Shown here: positions 17,296 to 24,666 of the stretch, piece by piece
How positions within the stretch are numbered: the first letter of the stretch is position 1
Layout of the letters: each line of letters begins with the position of its first letter
Program-made: the position numbers and the translations under genes
DNA from: a virus
Taxonomy: Duplodnaviria; Caudoviricetes
Strand: one strand, 5' to 3'
Length of the DNA stretch: 28,754 nucleotides
IMG/VR virus record: IMGVR_UViG_3300008251_000023
Location: 1 to 28,754 of that record
The notes under the pieces: model-generated
What the model was told of the DNA's origin: nothing
What the model saw: only the letters and a program-made list of their open reading frames with translations
The model's database searches: none

Positions 17296-17327
17296 AAAAA
17301 AGCCTATCAACTTAATGATAGGCTTTT
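17296..17327. terminator. Intrinsic terminator, probably bidirectional
   Basis: AAAAGCCTATCA-ACTTAA-TGATAGGCTTTT perfect inverted repeat. Confidence 0.85.
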
Positions 17328-17347
17328 ACTATTTTCGTTGTTGATTC

Positions 17348-17785
17348 CTATTTATTTGACTTTTGAATTTTAAATCGATTAAACCCTAAAAAAGCCTTAA
17401 CAGCAATTACAAGTGTTCCTGCACCAAATAAACTCCCTATAACATCTTTATCATAGTAGAATAAAAACAATGTAGAAAACATACCTGTTAACATGATGAT
17501 AAATCCAAAAAACAATGATAATAAATCAGTCCTGAATAAATTCTTTTGACCTTTCTTTACTATATCAGTTTTTGAATCATTAAATCTGATTCTTGCAGCT
17601 TGTTCTTGTTCAGCTCTTGCTTTCAACCAATTTATAATGTCATCATCTAAAACTTTAAGCTTTGCTAATTCTTCAGCATCAGGTAATAAATTATCATCAA
17701 ACACCTCATGATGTTCCATTTGAACAGCATCCTTACCTTTGTTTAATAGTTGAGTTTGTTTTACAGATTTTCTTGCTTTAGCCAT
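17348..17785 (-). CDS. DUF2335-like two-TM membrane protein (moron)
   Basis: LPDAEELAKL...IINWLKARAEQEQAAR followed by two hydrophobic helices and a basic tail. Confidence 0.75.
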   Translation of the reverse strand: MAKARKSVKQTQLLNKGKDAVQMEHHEVFDDNLLPDAEELAKLKVLDDDIINWLKARAEQEQAARIRFNDSKTDIVKKGQKNLFRTDLLSLFFGFIIMLTGMFSTLFLFYYDKDVIGSLFGAGTLVIAVKAFLGFNRFKIQKSNK

Positions 17786-17786
17786 T

Positions 17787-18023
17787 CTAGTATTGCATTC
17801 TAATTTTATACTCTTTCAATGAAGTATTCAAATCTGATGAAACGTGTGAAAAATCAGATTTAATACTTTTTTTATCTTCAGACATTGGTTCAAAATGTAA
17901 TGTTTCGACTTCGTTTTTGTAAAAACTTTTCAATTCATTATCAATTAAATAATCGGTTTTTTTTACAAAAACCTCATCAAAGTCACACATGATCTCTCTG
18001 ATGCTTTTAAGTATTTTTGTCAT
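17787..18023 (-). CDS. Hypothetical protein, partner of the DUF2335-like gene
   Basis: 78 aa ORF ending 1 nt before the DUF2335 start; C-terminal DFSHVSSDLNTSLKEY. Confidence 0.7.
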   Translation of the reverse strand: MTKILKSIREIMCDFDEVFVKKTDYLIDNELKSFYKNEVETLHFEPMSEDKKSIKSDFSHVSSDLNTSLKEYKIRMQY

Positions 18024-18044
18024 AATTATTAATTTATAAGGTTA

Positions 18045-18084
18045 CAAATATAACGATTTACCCTTCTAAGTTACAACAAATATA
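18045..18084 (-). promoter_or_regulatory. Moron promoter(s)
   Basis: Two TATATTTG -7 boxes (18052-18045 and 18084-18077); the first has TTG 21 nt upstream. Confidence 0.6.
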
Positions 18085-18164
18085 ATAAATAATGTAATTA
18101 TTTATGCAAATTCGTATATACGTTTTGTTAAATCGTATGTGCAAAACTACAATTTTCATTCCAT

Positions 18165-18196
18165 AAAAAAACCCAATCAAACTAATGACTGGGTTT
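18165..18196 (-). terminator. Intrinsic terminator ending the early operon
   Basis: AAACCCAATCA-AACTAA-TGACTGGGTTT stem with a U run on the minus strand. Confidence 0.75.
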
Positions 18197-18245
18197 CTTA
18201 CTTCTGCCGAATTGAATAGTGTGACGGTTATTAATCGGAGAGTAC

Positions 18246-18653
18246 TTAATATTTTTTATCTGTCCAATGAATTAATTTCCCTTTAAAATCATCAGAGAAC
18301 CACTCTAAAAATTCATTTACATCTTTGAAACCATCATCTCTAGCTAAAACTTTCATAAAACCACTTGTCCCACCAACAACACAGTTTACTAGTGAAGCAC
18401 TTGCAATTACTCTTTCGTCAACGTAGATAGATACATATGTATGATCTTTAAATTTAGTATATTTAACTTCAAAGTCTTGAACCGATATACATTCTCCCTC
18501 TTTGAATTGATTATAGTTTTTAGTTCTTACACCAGTAGCAAAATGTATTTTATTACCTACCTTCCATCTATTAGGTTTATCTTCTCTAATAGTATGTATT
18601 TTAGATCCTTCTAATATTTTTGGAACAAACTCTTTTTTAAATGCTAATATCAT
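18246..18653 (-). CDS. ASCH/PUA-like domain protein
   Basis: FKKEFVPKILEGSKIHTIR...WKVG and LARDDGF...FLEWF motifs. Confidence 0.75.
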   Translation of the reverse strand: MILAFKKEFVPKILEGSKIHTIREDKPNRWKVGNKIHFATGVRTKNYNQFKEGECISVQDFEVKYTKFKDHTYVSIYVDERVIASASLVNCVVGGTSGFMKVLARDDGFKDVNEFLEWFSDDFKGKLIHWTDKKY

Positions 18654-18892
18654 AATTCTGTATTTTGTTTATATTTAATTCTATTAAAAACTATATCATC
18701 AATAGTTCGTTCACTTAAATGAAACTCTGTACTCAGCATTACTAAAACTGCTTTTTTAGCGTATAACTTCTCTCCCTTATACTTTTTATCACTTAGCTTC
18801 ACAAAACGACTAACAATCTTTTCATTACGTTTTAGCAGTCTTTTATTTCTTTTGTTCATTGGGTTTGGTTGCTTGTTTTTGTTTTTCTTCAA
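18650..18892 (-). CDS. Small HTH protein, candidate Mor/C-like late activator
   Basis: RNEKIVSRF...LSTEFHLSERTIDDIV resembles the Mor C-terminal HTH; near end of early operon. Confidence 0.65.
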   Translation of the reverse strand: MKKNKNKQPNPMNKRNKRLLKRNEKIVSRFVKLSDKKYKGEKLYAKKAVLVMLSTEFHLSERTIDDIVFNRIKYKQNTEL

Positions 18893-19649
18893 TTCTAATT
18901 TTCACTTCAGTCATATAAATATTAACTGCTGCAGTCATTTTTTGATATTCTGCTTTTTTAATTTCTTTTTGAAGCTGTTCGTCTGTTAGGTATTTACATG
19001 TTTCAGGTAAATGTTCAACGAAAGCATCTATACTTGTCATGTGATGTCCTATGATTTTTCGTTTTTCCGTACGTTTTTTTTGAATTTTTTTTTGAAGTTT
19101 AGAAAACTCTTTAACTACTCTAGGATGGTAAGGAACGTTTTCCTCATTCTTATTATCTCTTTCAATTTTATGTTGTTCTAATTTGTTTTGTGCAATTCTA
19201 CGTTCACGTTCAATTGCTTTTAATTCTAAATAAGAAGGAACCCATGAGTTAAAAATAGTTTGACTATCTAATTTAAAAATTTTACCTCCAATTTTACCCT
19301 GCCTTGCATACTTAAACATTAGTATTATATCTTCAATAGATTCATTCCTAAATACATCTAATAGATCAACTGCCAATTGTAGTGTTTGATTATCGTTTAG
19401 TTTCAAATTCATATTATATGAATCATTCATTCTACTGATGATATACACTAGAGTTTTAATAGTAGAACGCTTATCAGTTTTTTGAAGTACTCTTAAATAA
19501 GTTCCTGTAAACGCCTTTTCAATTGATAAATCACTTTCAAATATTATTAATTCAGTTTCATCAGATTTAGCCAAAGCGTTCATCAACGATACTGTCTGCA
19601 TTTTGCATACGCTGAGAATGGGTTCTATTTTTGTTTGCTGTAGTTCCAT
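18843..19649 (-). CDS. Phage hypothetical protein
   Basis: 268 aa; ESIEDIILMFKYARQGKIGGKIFKLD; overlaps both neighbours. Confidence 0.7.
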   Translation of the reverse strand: MELQQTKIEPILSVCKMQTVSLMNALAKSDETELIIFESDLSIEKAFTGTYLRVLQKTDKRSTIKTLVYIISRMNDSYNMNLKLNDNQTLQLAVDLLDVFRNESIEDIILMFKYARQGKIGGKIFKLDSQTIFNSWVPSYLELKAIERERRIAQNKLEQHKIERDNKNEENVPYHPRVVKEFSKLQKKIQKKRTEKRKIIGHHMTSIDAFVEHLPETCKYLTDEQLQKEIKKAEYQKMTAAVNIYMTEVKIRIEEKQKQATKPNEQKK

Positions 19650-20139
19650 CTTTAAGTTGTATTAAAATAGTGGTTAAATTGCTGTTGATTTGTTTTAGTT
19701 GGTTCTGCCCTTGGTAGAATGTCTCCAGCTGGTCCCAATTTGTAAATATTTGTTGCCAAACAATCAAAGCTTCATCATTTGTAGTGGATTGTTCTTGAAG
19801 GTATGCAATCACTTTTTTTAATGCCTTCCCTTCTACCTCAGTCCATTTAGGTTTTAGTTTGTACTTGGATTCAAACCAATGGAAATAAACATCTAGATAT
19901 AGTGTAAAATCGCTTTTTTTCTTAGGTTCAATTTTTTCGAATTTTAGTTTCTCTCCTAACTTGTCAGTAACAAGTTTAATGTGGTGCTCTTCAAATGGAA
20001 TAATCTTACTTAAATAACTCCACAAGTCAGCTTTCATCCCTCCTGAGTTATATTCTAATTTTTTAAATTGACCATTTGAATAAGTAATAGTACACTTAGT
20101 TTTTACCGTTGTGAATGTTAATAGATATTTAATCATCAT
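19567..20139 (-). CDS. Phage hypothetical protein
   Basis: 190 aa; EGKALKKVIAYL...WQQIFTNW...LKQINSNL. Confidence 0.7.
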   Translation of the reverse strand: MMIKYLLTFTTVKTKCTITYSNGQFKKLEYNSGGMKADLWSYLSKIIPFEEHHIKLVTDKLGEKLKFEKIEPKKKSDFTLYLDVYFHWFESKYKLKPKWTEVEGKALKKVIAYLQEQSTTNDEALIVWQQIFTNWDQLETFYQGQNQLKQINSNLTTILIQLKDGTTANKNRTHSQRMQNADSIVDERFG

Positions 20140-20299
20140 TTTGCCATTTATTTAGATCTAAATCGGATTCGTAAAATTCAATGTCATGTTTAATAGCGTC
20201 AAACGAAATTCTGTCTGCTCCAGTATAAAGGAACTGCTCATACAGCTTTCCATTTCTATACATTACTCCTACGTTATTGTTTTTATATATTGTAATCAT
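20129..20299 (-). CDS. Small hypothetical protein (56 aa), not in ORF track
   Basis: MITIYKNNNVGVMYRNGKLYEQFLYTGADRISFDAIKHDIEFYESDLDLNKWQNDD*; fills the operon gap and overlaps the next start. Confidence 0.6.
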   Translation of the reverse strand: MITIYKNNNVGVMYRNGKLYEQFLYTGADRISFDAIKHDIEFYESDLDLNKWQNDD

Positions 20300-20303
20300 G
20301 TTT

Positions 20304-20717
20304 CTATTTATTAACCTCCTCTAAATATGATGCATAAACTTTTTCTGCTTGAGTAACTAACTGAGTTAATTCAGGTCTGGAATACTCATTAATTGGCTTG
20401 TGAAATTTACCATGAGTTAAAAGCCATGTTTTATAACCCTCTTCAGAATATTCCATTTTACGAACAAATAAACTCCAAACCTTTCTACGCATTTTGTTTT
20501 CAGGGCTATTCATCCAGCCGTTATCAGGGTTTGCTTTAGTCATTCCTAAAGTTCTGTTTAACTGAATAATTAAGTGCTTATATTCACCTGCAGACAGATC
20601 TTTTAAACTGTTTTTTTTACCTGAAGTAAATTCCTCAATCATTTCTGCCCTGGTTAAATGATTACCTTGTTTTTTTAATTGCTTTTCTATTGCAAAATAT
20701 TGTTTAAAATCAGTCAT
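20304..20717 (-). CDS. GemA/Mu gp16-like protein
   Basis: FTSGKKNSLKDLSAGEYKHLI, MRRKVWSL, KPINEYSRPELTQLV motifs. Confidence 0.65.
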   Translation of the reverse strand: MTDFKQYFAIEKQLKKQGNHLTRAEMIEEFTSGKKNSLKDLSAGEYKHLIIQLNRTLGMTKANPDNGWMNSPENKMRRKVWSLFVRKMEYSEEGYKTWLLTHGKFHKPINEYSRPELTQLVTQAEKVYASYLEEVNK

Positions 20718-20952
20718 TGTTGTTCTTAGTATTAGGGTGAGTATGGTCCTGAATAATGTCGACTCCAGTTAATCCGTTTTCTGTAGTATGCTCTGATAAT
20801 GGTATATATCTTTTCTCATTAGCACACCAACAACATAATTTTACATCAGTGACAAATCTTCCATAACCTGAAGGTTCTAATGAATCTTCAACCGAGAATA
20901 ATAAAGCATCACCATCTTTAATAACTCGCTCACTTTGATCTTTAAATTCCAT
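20710..20952 (-). CDS. Hypothetical protein
   Basis: 80 aa ORF coupled to neighbours in the early operon. Confidence 0.55.
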   Translation of the reverse strand: MEFKDQSERVIKDGDALLFSVEDSLEPSGYGRFVTDVKLCCWCANEKRYIPLSEHTTENGLTGVDIIQDHTHPNTKNNND

Positions 20953-20955
20953 AGC

Positions 20956-21189
20956 CTACTTGTTTTTAATTTTAAATGCTTTATCAACCTTAACTGTTAA
21001 TTCTTTTTGAACTCTAGCGATTGCTTGTCTCTTATTGTAAGCAGTAGTTGTTACTTCAACACGATTAGAACTTTGATTATTTAATCTAATAGTACATTTC
21101 ACAAGGAACTTAAACTTAGTTCTTTCTATACCTAGAAACTTTCCAATTCTTGTTAATCTTGATTTCTCTTTTTTCTTAAATCCGAACAT
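20956..21189 (-). CDS. Small basic hypothetical protein
   Basis: 77 aa ORF with A-rich leader, 3 nt from next gene. Confidence 0.6.
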   Translation of the reverse strand: MFGFKKKEKSRLTRIGKFLGIERTKFKFLVKCTIRLNNQSSNRVEVTTTAYNKRQAIARVQKELTVKVDKAFKIKNK

Positions 21190-21211
21190 TGTTTTATTTT
21201 TTTGATGTTTG

Positions 21212-21292
21212 AACGGTGGACAGGACTCGAACCTGTATCCGTAGGCTTATTATTTATGTACACCTATGATCTGCCAATTGAATTACCACCGT
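21212..21292 (-). ncRNA. tRNA-like element with 15 nt anticodon loop (pseudo-tRNA or tRNA mimic)
   Basis: Acceptor ACGGTGG/CCACCGT, T arm ACAGG-TTCGAGT-CCTGT, D loop AATTGGCA, anticodon stem TAGGT/GCCTA; D stem mismatched, no encoded CCA. Confidence 0.8.
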
Positions 21293-21301
21293 TTGTTTTA
21301 T

Positions 21302-21763
21302 TTAACTATCTACTTCAGTTAGTTCTTCACCTTCTGGAGTTTCATAAGGGAATATTTCTAAAATTGGAGTTACAACTATTGAAGGAATATCGAATCCAAC
21401 CTGTAAACCCTTTAAACTTTCATGCATTCGGTCATAAGCTTGTCCAACATTGTGAGCTGAAATTAAAAAGTCGTTTGAAACTTTCTTTTCTTTTCCAGTA
21501 TCTGTATCTCCAATCACATAAGATACTTTTGCTTTGTACCAAACATCTGAATCATCATAATGAAATATGTCTGCAAAATCAGTTTTAGTAATGGAGGTTA
21601 CTAAAAACTCACCTCTTGTAAATTCACCAACCTCTTGATGTATTCTTTTTTCTGCATCTATAAACGTAATTGAGTTTACTAAATACGGTTCTGTTACACG
21701 TTTTAATGTTCCATCAGGAAACTGCTTAGTGTATTTCACTTTTACTGTATGCCATGTATTCAT
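21302..21763 (-). CDS. DUF4494-like protein
   Basis: WHTVKVKY...KRVTEPYLV..TFIDAEKRI, WYKAKV...DTGKEKK duplicated-domain pattern. Confidence 0.85.
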   Translation of the reverse strand: MNTWHTVKVKYTKQFPDGTLKRVTEPYLVNSITFIDAEKRIHQEVGEFTRGEFLVTSITKTDFADIFHYDDSDVWYKAKVSYVIGDTDTGKEKKVSNDFLISAHNVGQAYDRMHESLKGLQVGFDIPSIVVTPILEIFPYETPEGEELTEVDS

Positions 21764-21787
21764 GCTGCTGTTTTTTATTTGTTTATA

Positions 21788-22435
21788 TTATTTTATTGAT
21801 GAAAATTGAATGTTAATACTTTCCCATTTACCTGTTTTGTCTTTTTGGTAAGCACGTACATAAGTACTACTGTCAAACGTTACATAACAGTTAGCTAAAG
21901 CGTCTAATGCTGCATCAAAATCCTTGTTGTTGATACTCTCTCTATGTTTGTTTAACTTGGCCACTAATCGTTCATCATATTCTCCAGTACGGTTTTTCAT
22001 TAGAATAGAATCAATGATGTTATACATTGATTTATTTCTTGATTCGAACTTGTTTCTTAGAATCTCTTTGATTGTGTTAATATGAACTTCAGCATGTTCA
22101 TTAAATGATTGACGTTCTTGATTTTCAATAACTACTTTAAACTTTCCGTCTGCAGATTCAATTGAAAATGAATTTTGATTTTTTTCTTCCTTTCCATAAA
22201 TCTCATACATTTCTTTATGAAGGTTAGTTCCTTTCTCAGTTATTCTATCCTTAGTTTCTTTTAAGTTTTCAGCTAATCGAATAAAGTGCTGCGCTACATC
22301 CTGTACGAAAATATCCTTTTTCTTTTCATAGACTCTTTTCTTCTTTTGAGTTTCAGCTTCTGCTGCTTTTCTTTTGTCAGCTAACATTTTCACCAACTGA
22401 TCTTCCGTGTACTCTTCTTTCTTTGATTCACTCAT
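21788..22435 (-). CDS. DUF3164-like early protein
   Basis: SFSIESADGKFKV, FNEHA and C-terminal YVRAYQKDKTGKWESINIQFSSI. Confidence 0.8.
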   Translation of the reverse strand: MSESKKEEYTEDQLVKMLADKRKAAEAETQKKKRVYEKKKDIFVQDVAQHFIRLAENLKETKDRITEKGTNLHKEMYEIYGKEEKNQNSFSIESADGKFKVVIENQERQSFNEHAEVHINTIKEILRNKFESRNKSMYNIIDSILMKNRTGEYDERLVAKLNKHRESINNKDFDAALDALANCYVTFDSSTYVRAYQKDKTGKWESINIQFSSIK

Positions 22436-22443
22436 TTTACTAT

Positions 22444-22704
22444 TTATTTATGATTGTTATTATCTAATTCTATTACTGCAATACCTCCTTTAAAATTATT
22501 GAGGTTTTTAAGTCTACTTTTTACCGTTTCATAATCGATATTGAAAAAACAAAGCTGTTTGTGCTTTTTAAACCAGTCATCATCCATCACAGCTCCTGCC
22601 TTATAGACTATCCTTTCTAATTCTTTGATTTGTTTTCTGATTAGATACCTTCTCATCAATAAACTTTGTTTGTAATTAATTGGTTCTTCTGACTTATATG
22701 ACAT
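22444..22704 (-). CDS. Hypothetical protein
   Basis: 86 aa ORF overlapping upstream stop. Confidence 0.6.
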   Translation of the reverse strand: MSYKSEEPINYKQSLLMRRYLIRKQIKELERIVYKAGAVMDDDWFKKHKQLCFFNIDYETVKSRLKNLNNFKGGIAVIELDNNNHK

Positions 22705-23089
22705 GGGTTTGTAGTTTTAAGTAATTATTGTAAAAACTGATTTCAATGGATCTGTCTAATGCCATTTGTTGCATCTCCTCTTTCCAAAACTTTTCGTCTA
22801 CCCGAACCTCATTTTCTGTTATAAAATTCGTTAAGTCGTTTTCCCATTGTTTCCATTCATGTCTAAACCATAACCAAAACGGTCTTTGATCTGCGTATGC
22901 TCTGAAATACTTATTATACATTTCACCTGCAGGAAACTTATCTTCTAAAAACATCCAACCAGTCTCCAACAGCAGTGTATTGTATTCAATTTCGTTAAGC
23001 TTGGCGACCTTTTGGATAAAAGCTCGATTGTGTGCGTACTTTTCTCTCACTACTTGAATTCTCGGTTTGTTTAAGGTTTGATGTTTCAT
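22694..23089 (-). CDS. Hypothetical protein
   Basis: 131 aa; FWLWFRHEW aromatic motif. Confidence 0.65.
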   Translation of the reverse strand: MKHQTLNKPRIQVVREKYAHNRAFIQKVAKLNEIEYNTLLLETGWMFLEDKFPAGEMYNKYFRAYADQRPFWLWFRHEWKQWENDLTNFITENEVRVDEKFWKEEMQQMALDRSIEISFYNNYLKLQTHVI

Positions 23090-23152
23090 AAGTACAGGTT
23101 AAATTGGTTATTAAATTTTGATTGGTTTTTTTGTTCTTTCTTTTCATTTTTT

Positions 23153-23788
23153 TTATGCTATTTCTTGCCAATACAGTTTGGACTTTTCTGGGTAGATATC
23201 AAAGTAATTTCCATCAGCTTCATTTAGTCTACCGTCTACAAATGCTCTGAATCCTTCTGCTCTTATTTTTAGATCAGCATCATAATAAATGAAATCGGCA
23301 ATTTCTCCTTTCGGTTTTTTACCTCTTGCATGGCTTATGTAAATAAAAAGCTTGTTTGGAAACGTTGCTTTCATTAATCTGTATTGAGCTTTAGTTAAAA
23401 ATGAATGTTGAATTGAATCTATGAATATGATACTTGCTGATTTTCTTGCTTTTAAGCGTTTCATTAGTATTTCAAAATCTTCTCCGGGTAATATGCTAAA
23501 GTGACCCTTAGTTACTTCAGTCATTTTGTTTCTAACTATTGTGTTTTGAAATGATAGACTCACACCTTCCTCAAATGAATTGTAAAGCACTTTTGTAAAC
23601 GTTGTAACATATTTCGCTATTTGCATACAAAGTGAAGTTTTACCATTTGCTGAGTTTCCATATACCAACCAAGTCCCTCCAAGTTGTGGTAGTCCAAAAG
23701 AAGCTTTCCACTTACCTTCAAATGGCATGGTTTGGAATTTTGTTCTAATTAACTGATCAGAAGATATTGCTCTTGGTAATTTTGACAT
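23153..23788 (-). CDS. RecA/KaiC-like P-loop ATPase
   Basis: YGNSANGKTS Walker A, LYNSFEEG, IIFIDSIQ Walker B, FIYISH. Confidence 0.9.
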   Translation of the reverse strand: MSKLPRAISSDQLIRTKFQTMPFEGKWKASFGLPQLGGTWLVYGNSANGKTSLCMQIAKYVTTFTKVLYNSFEEGVSLSFQNTIVRNKMTEVTKGHFSILPGEDFEILMKRLKARKSASIIFIDSIQHSFLTKAQYRLMKATFPNKLFIYISHARGKKPKGEIADFIYYDADLKIRAEGFRAFVDGRLNEADGNYFDIYPEKSKLYWQEIA

Positions 23789-23814
23789 TATTTTAATAGG
23801 GTTTAAATGGTGTT

Positions 23815-24654
23815 TTATGCTGATAATAATTGTGCTTTTTCTACTTGTCTTCTAACTGATCTTAAGTCGCCTTCACATGTATTGAAAATGAATGATATTG
23901 TTTCTTCATCTGTTACACCGTTACCTTTACAAATTAGCATCACATCTTTTTTACTTGTGATATGTAAACCTTCATAAAACTTTCGACCAATTCTACTCCA
24001 TAACTCCTCATAACCATCTTTTTGGTTTTGGAATCCACTTAAAATGATTTTCTTTAAAGCCTTAACTCCACTTAACACAAAAGCGCAATGTCCAAACATG
24101 TCGTTATACATGTCCACAAATAAATCGAATGCAGAATTTTTTAACATGTTAACCTGGTCCAATATGATTAATGGTGATTGTAAACCTTTGGTATGATCTA
24201 AAAAACGTTCAATCATTTGTTCTTCTGTTCCGTTAGAATCTAAACCTGCAGTAATACATAAATGTTTAACAAAGGTTTTTTTCTTCCAACGTTTACTACA
24301 TTCAATGTGAATCACATTTTTATACGATTTTGTATATTGCTTGAAGGCTTCTGACTTACCTAAACCTGCAGTTTCTGAAATAGCTATTGAAAATCCTCTT
24401 TGTTGAGTAGTCTGTAAAACACTCATGAACTTTTTATAGTTTTCAGTTGGAACAATTCTCCAATTCAAATCAAGCTTCATGTTAACCTTAGTTCTACGCC
24501 ACATTGAATCATTGATTAAGTCCCAATTGTTGTTTATCATTTGGCTAATTGTAGCTGTTGATATTCTTAGTCTTGTAGCTACTTTGTTTTGACTTGAAAA
24601 CTGTACTAACCTTTCTAACTCTCGTACAATTACTTGTTTCTCTTGATTATTCAT
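23815..24654 (-). CDS. MuB-like AAA+ transposition protein with N-terminal HTH
   Basis: SQNKVATRLRISTATISQ HTH, AGLGKS Walker A, LIILDQ Walker B, GYEELWSRIG, GDLRSVRR; follows transposase. Confidence 0.9.
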   Translation of the reverse strand: MNNQEKQVIVRELERLVQFSSQNKVATRLRISTATISQMINNNWDLINDSMWRRTKVNMKLDLNWRIVPTENYKKFMSVLQTTQQRGFSIAISETAGLGKSEAFKQYTKSYKNVIHIECSKRWKKKTFVKHLCITAGLDSNGTEEQMIERFLDHTKGLQSPLIILDQVNMLKNSAFDLFVDMYNDMFGHCAFVLSGVKALKKIILSGFQNQKDGYEELWSRIGRKFYEGLHITSKKDVMLICKGNGVTDEETISFIFNTCEGDLRSVRRQVEKAQLLSA

Positions 24655-24666
24655 ATTCTGTTACTA

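Noticed and set aside
21212-21292. Functional decoding tRNA (Met/Ile2 CAT or Tyr GTA)
   Set aside because: No 7 nt anticodon loop can be formed and the D stem is broken; kept only as tRNA-like
21202-21588. 128 aa + strand ORF
   Set aside because: Antisense to the tRNA-like element and DUF4494 gene; the WTGLEP start is the usual translation of a reverse tRNA T arm
22995-23147. 50 aa - strand ORF starting MKRKNKKTNQ
   Set aside because: Mostly overlaps 22694-23089 out of frame; no supporting motif
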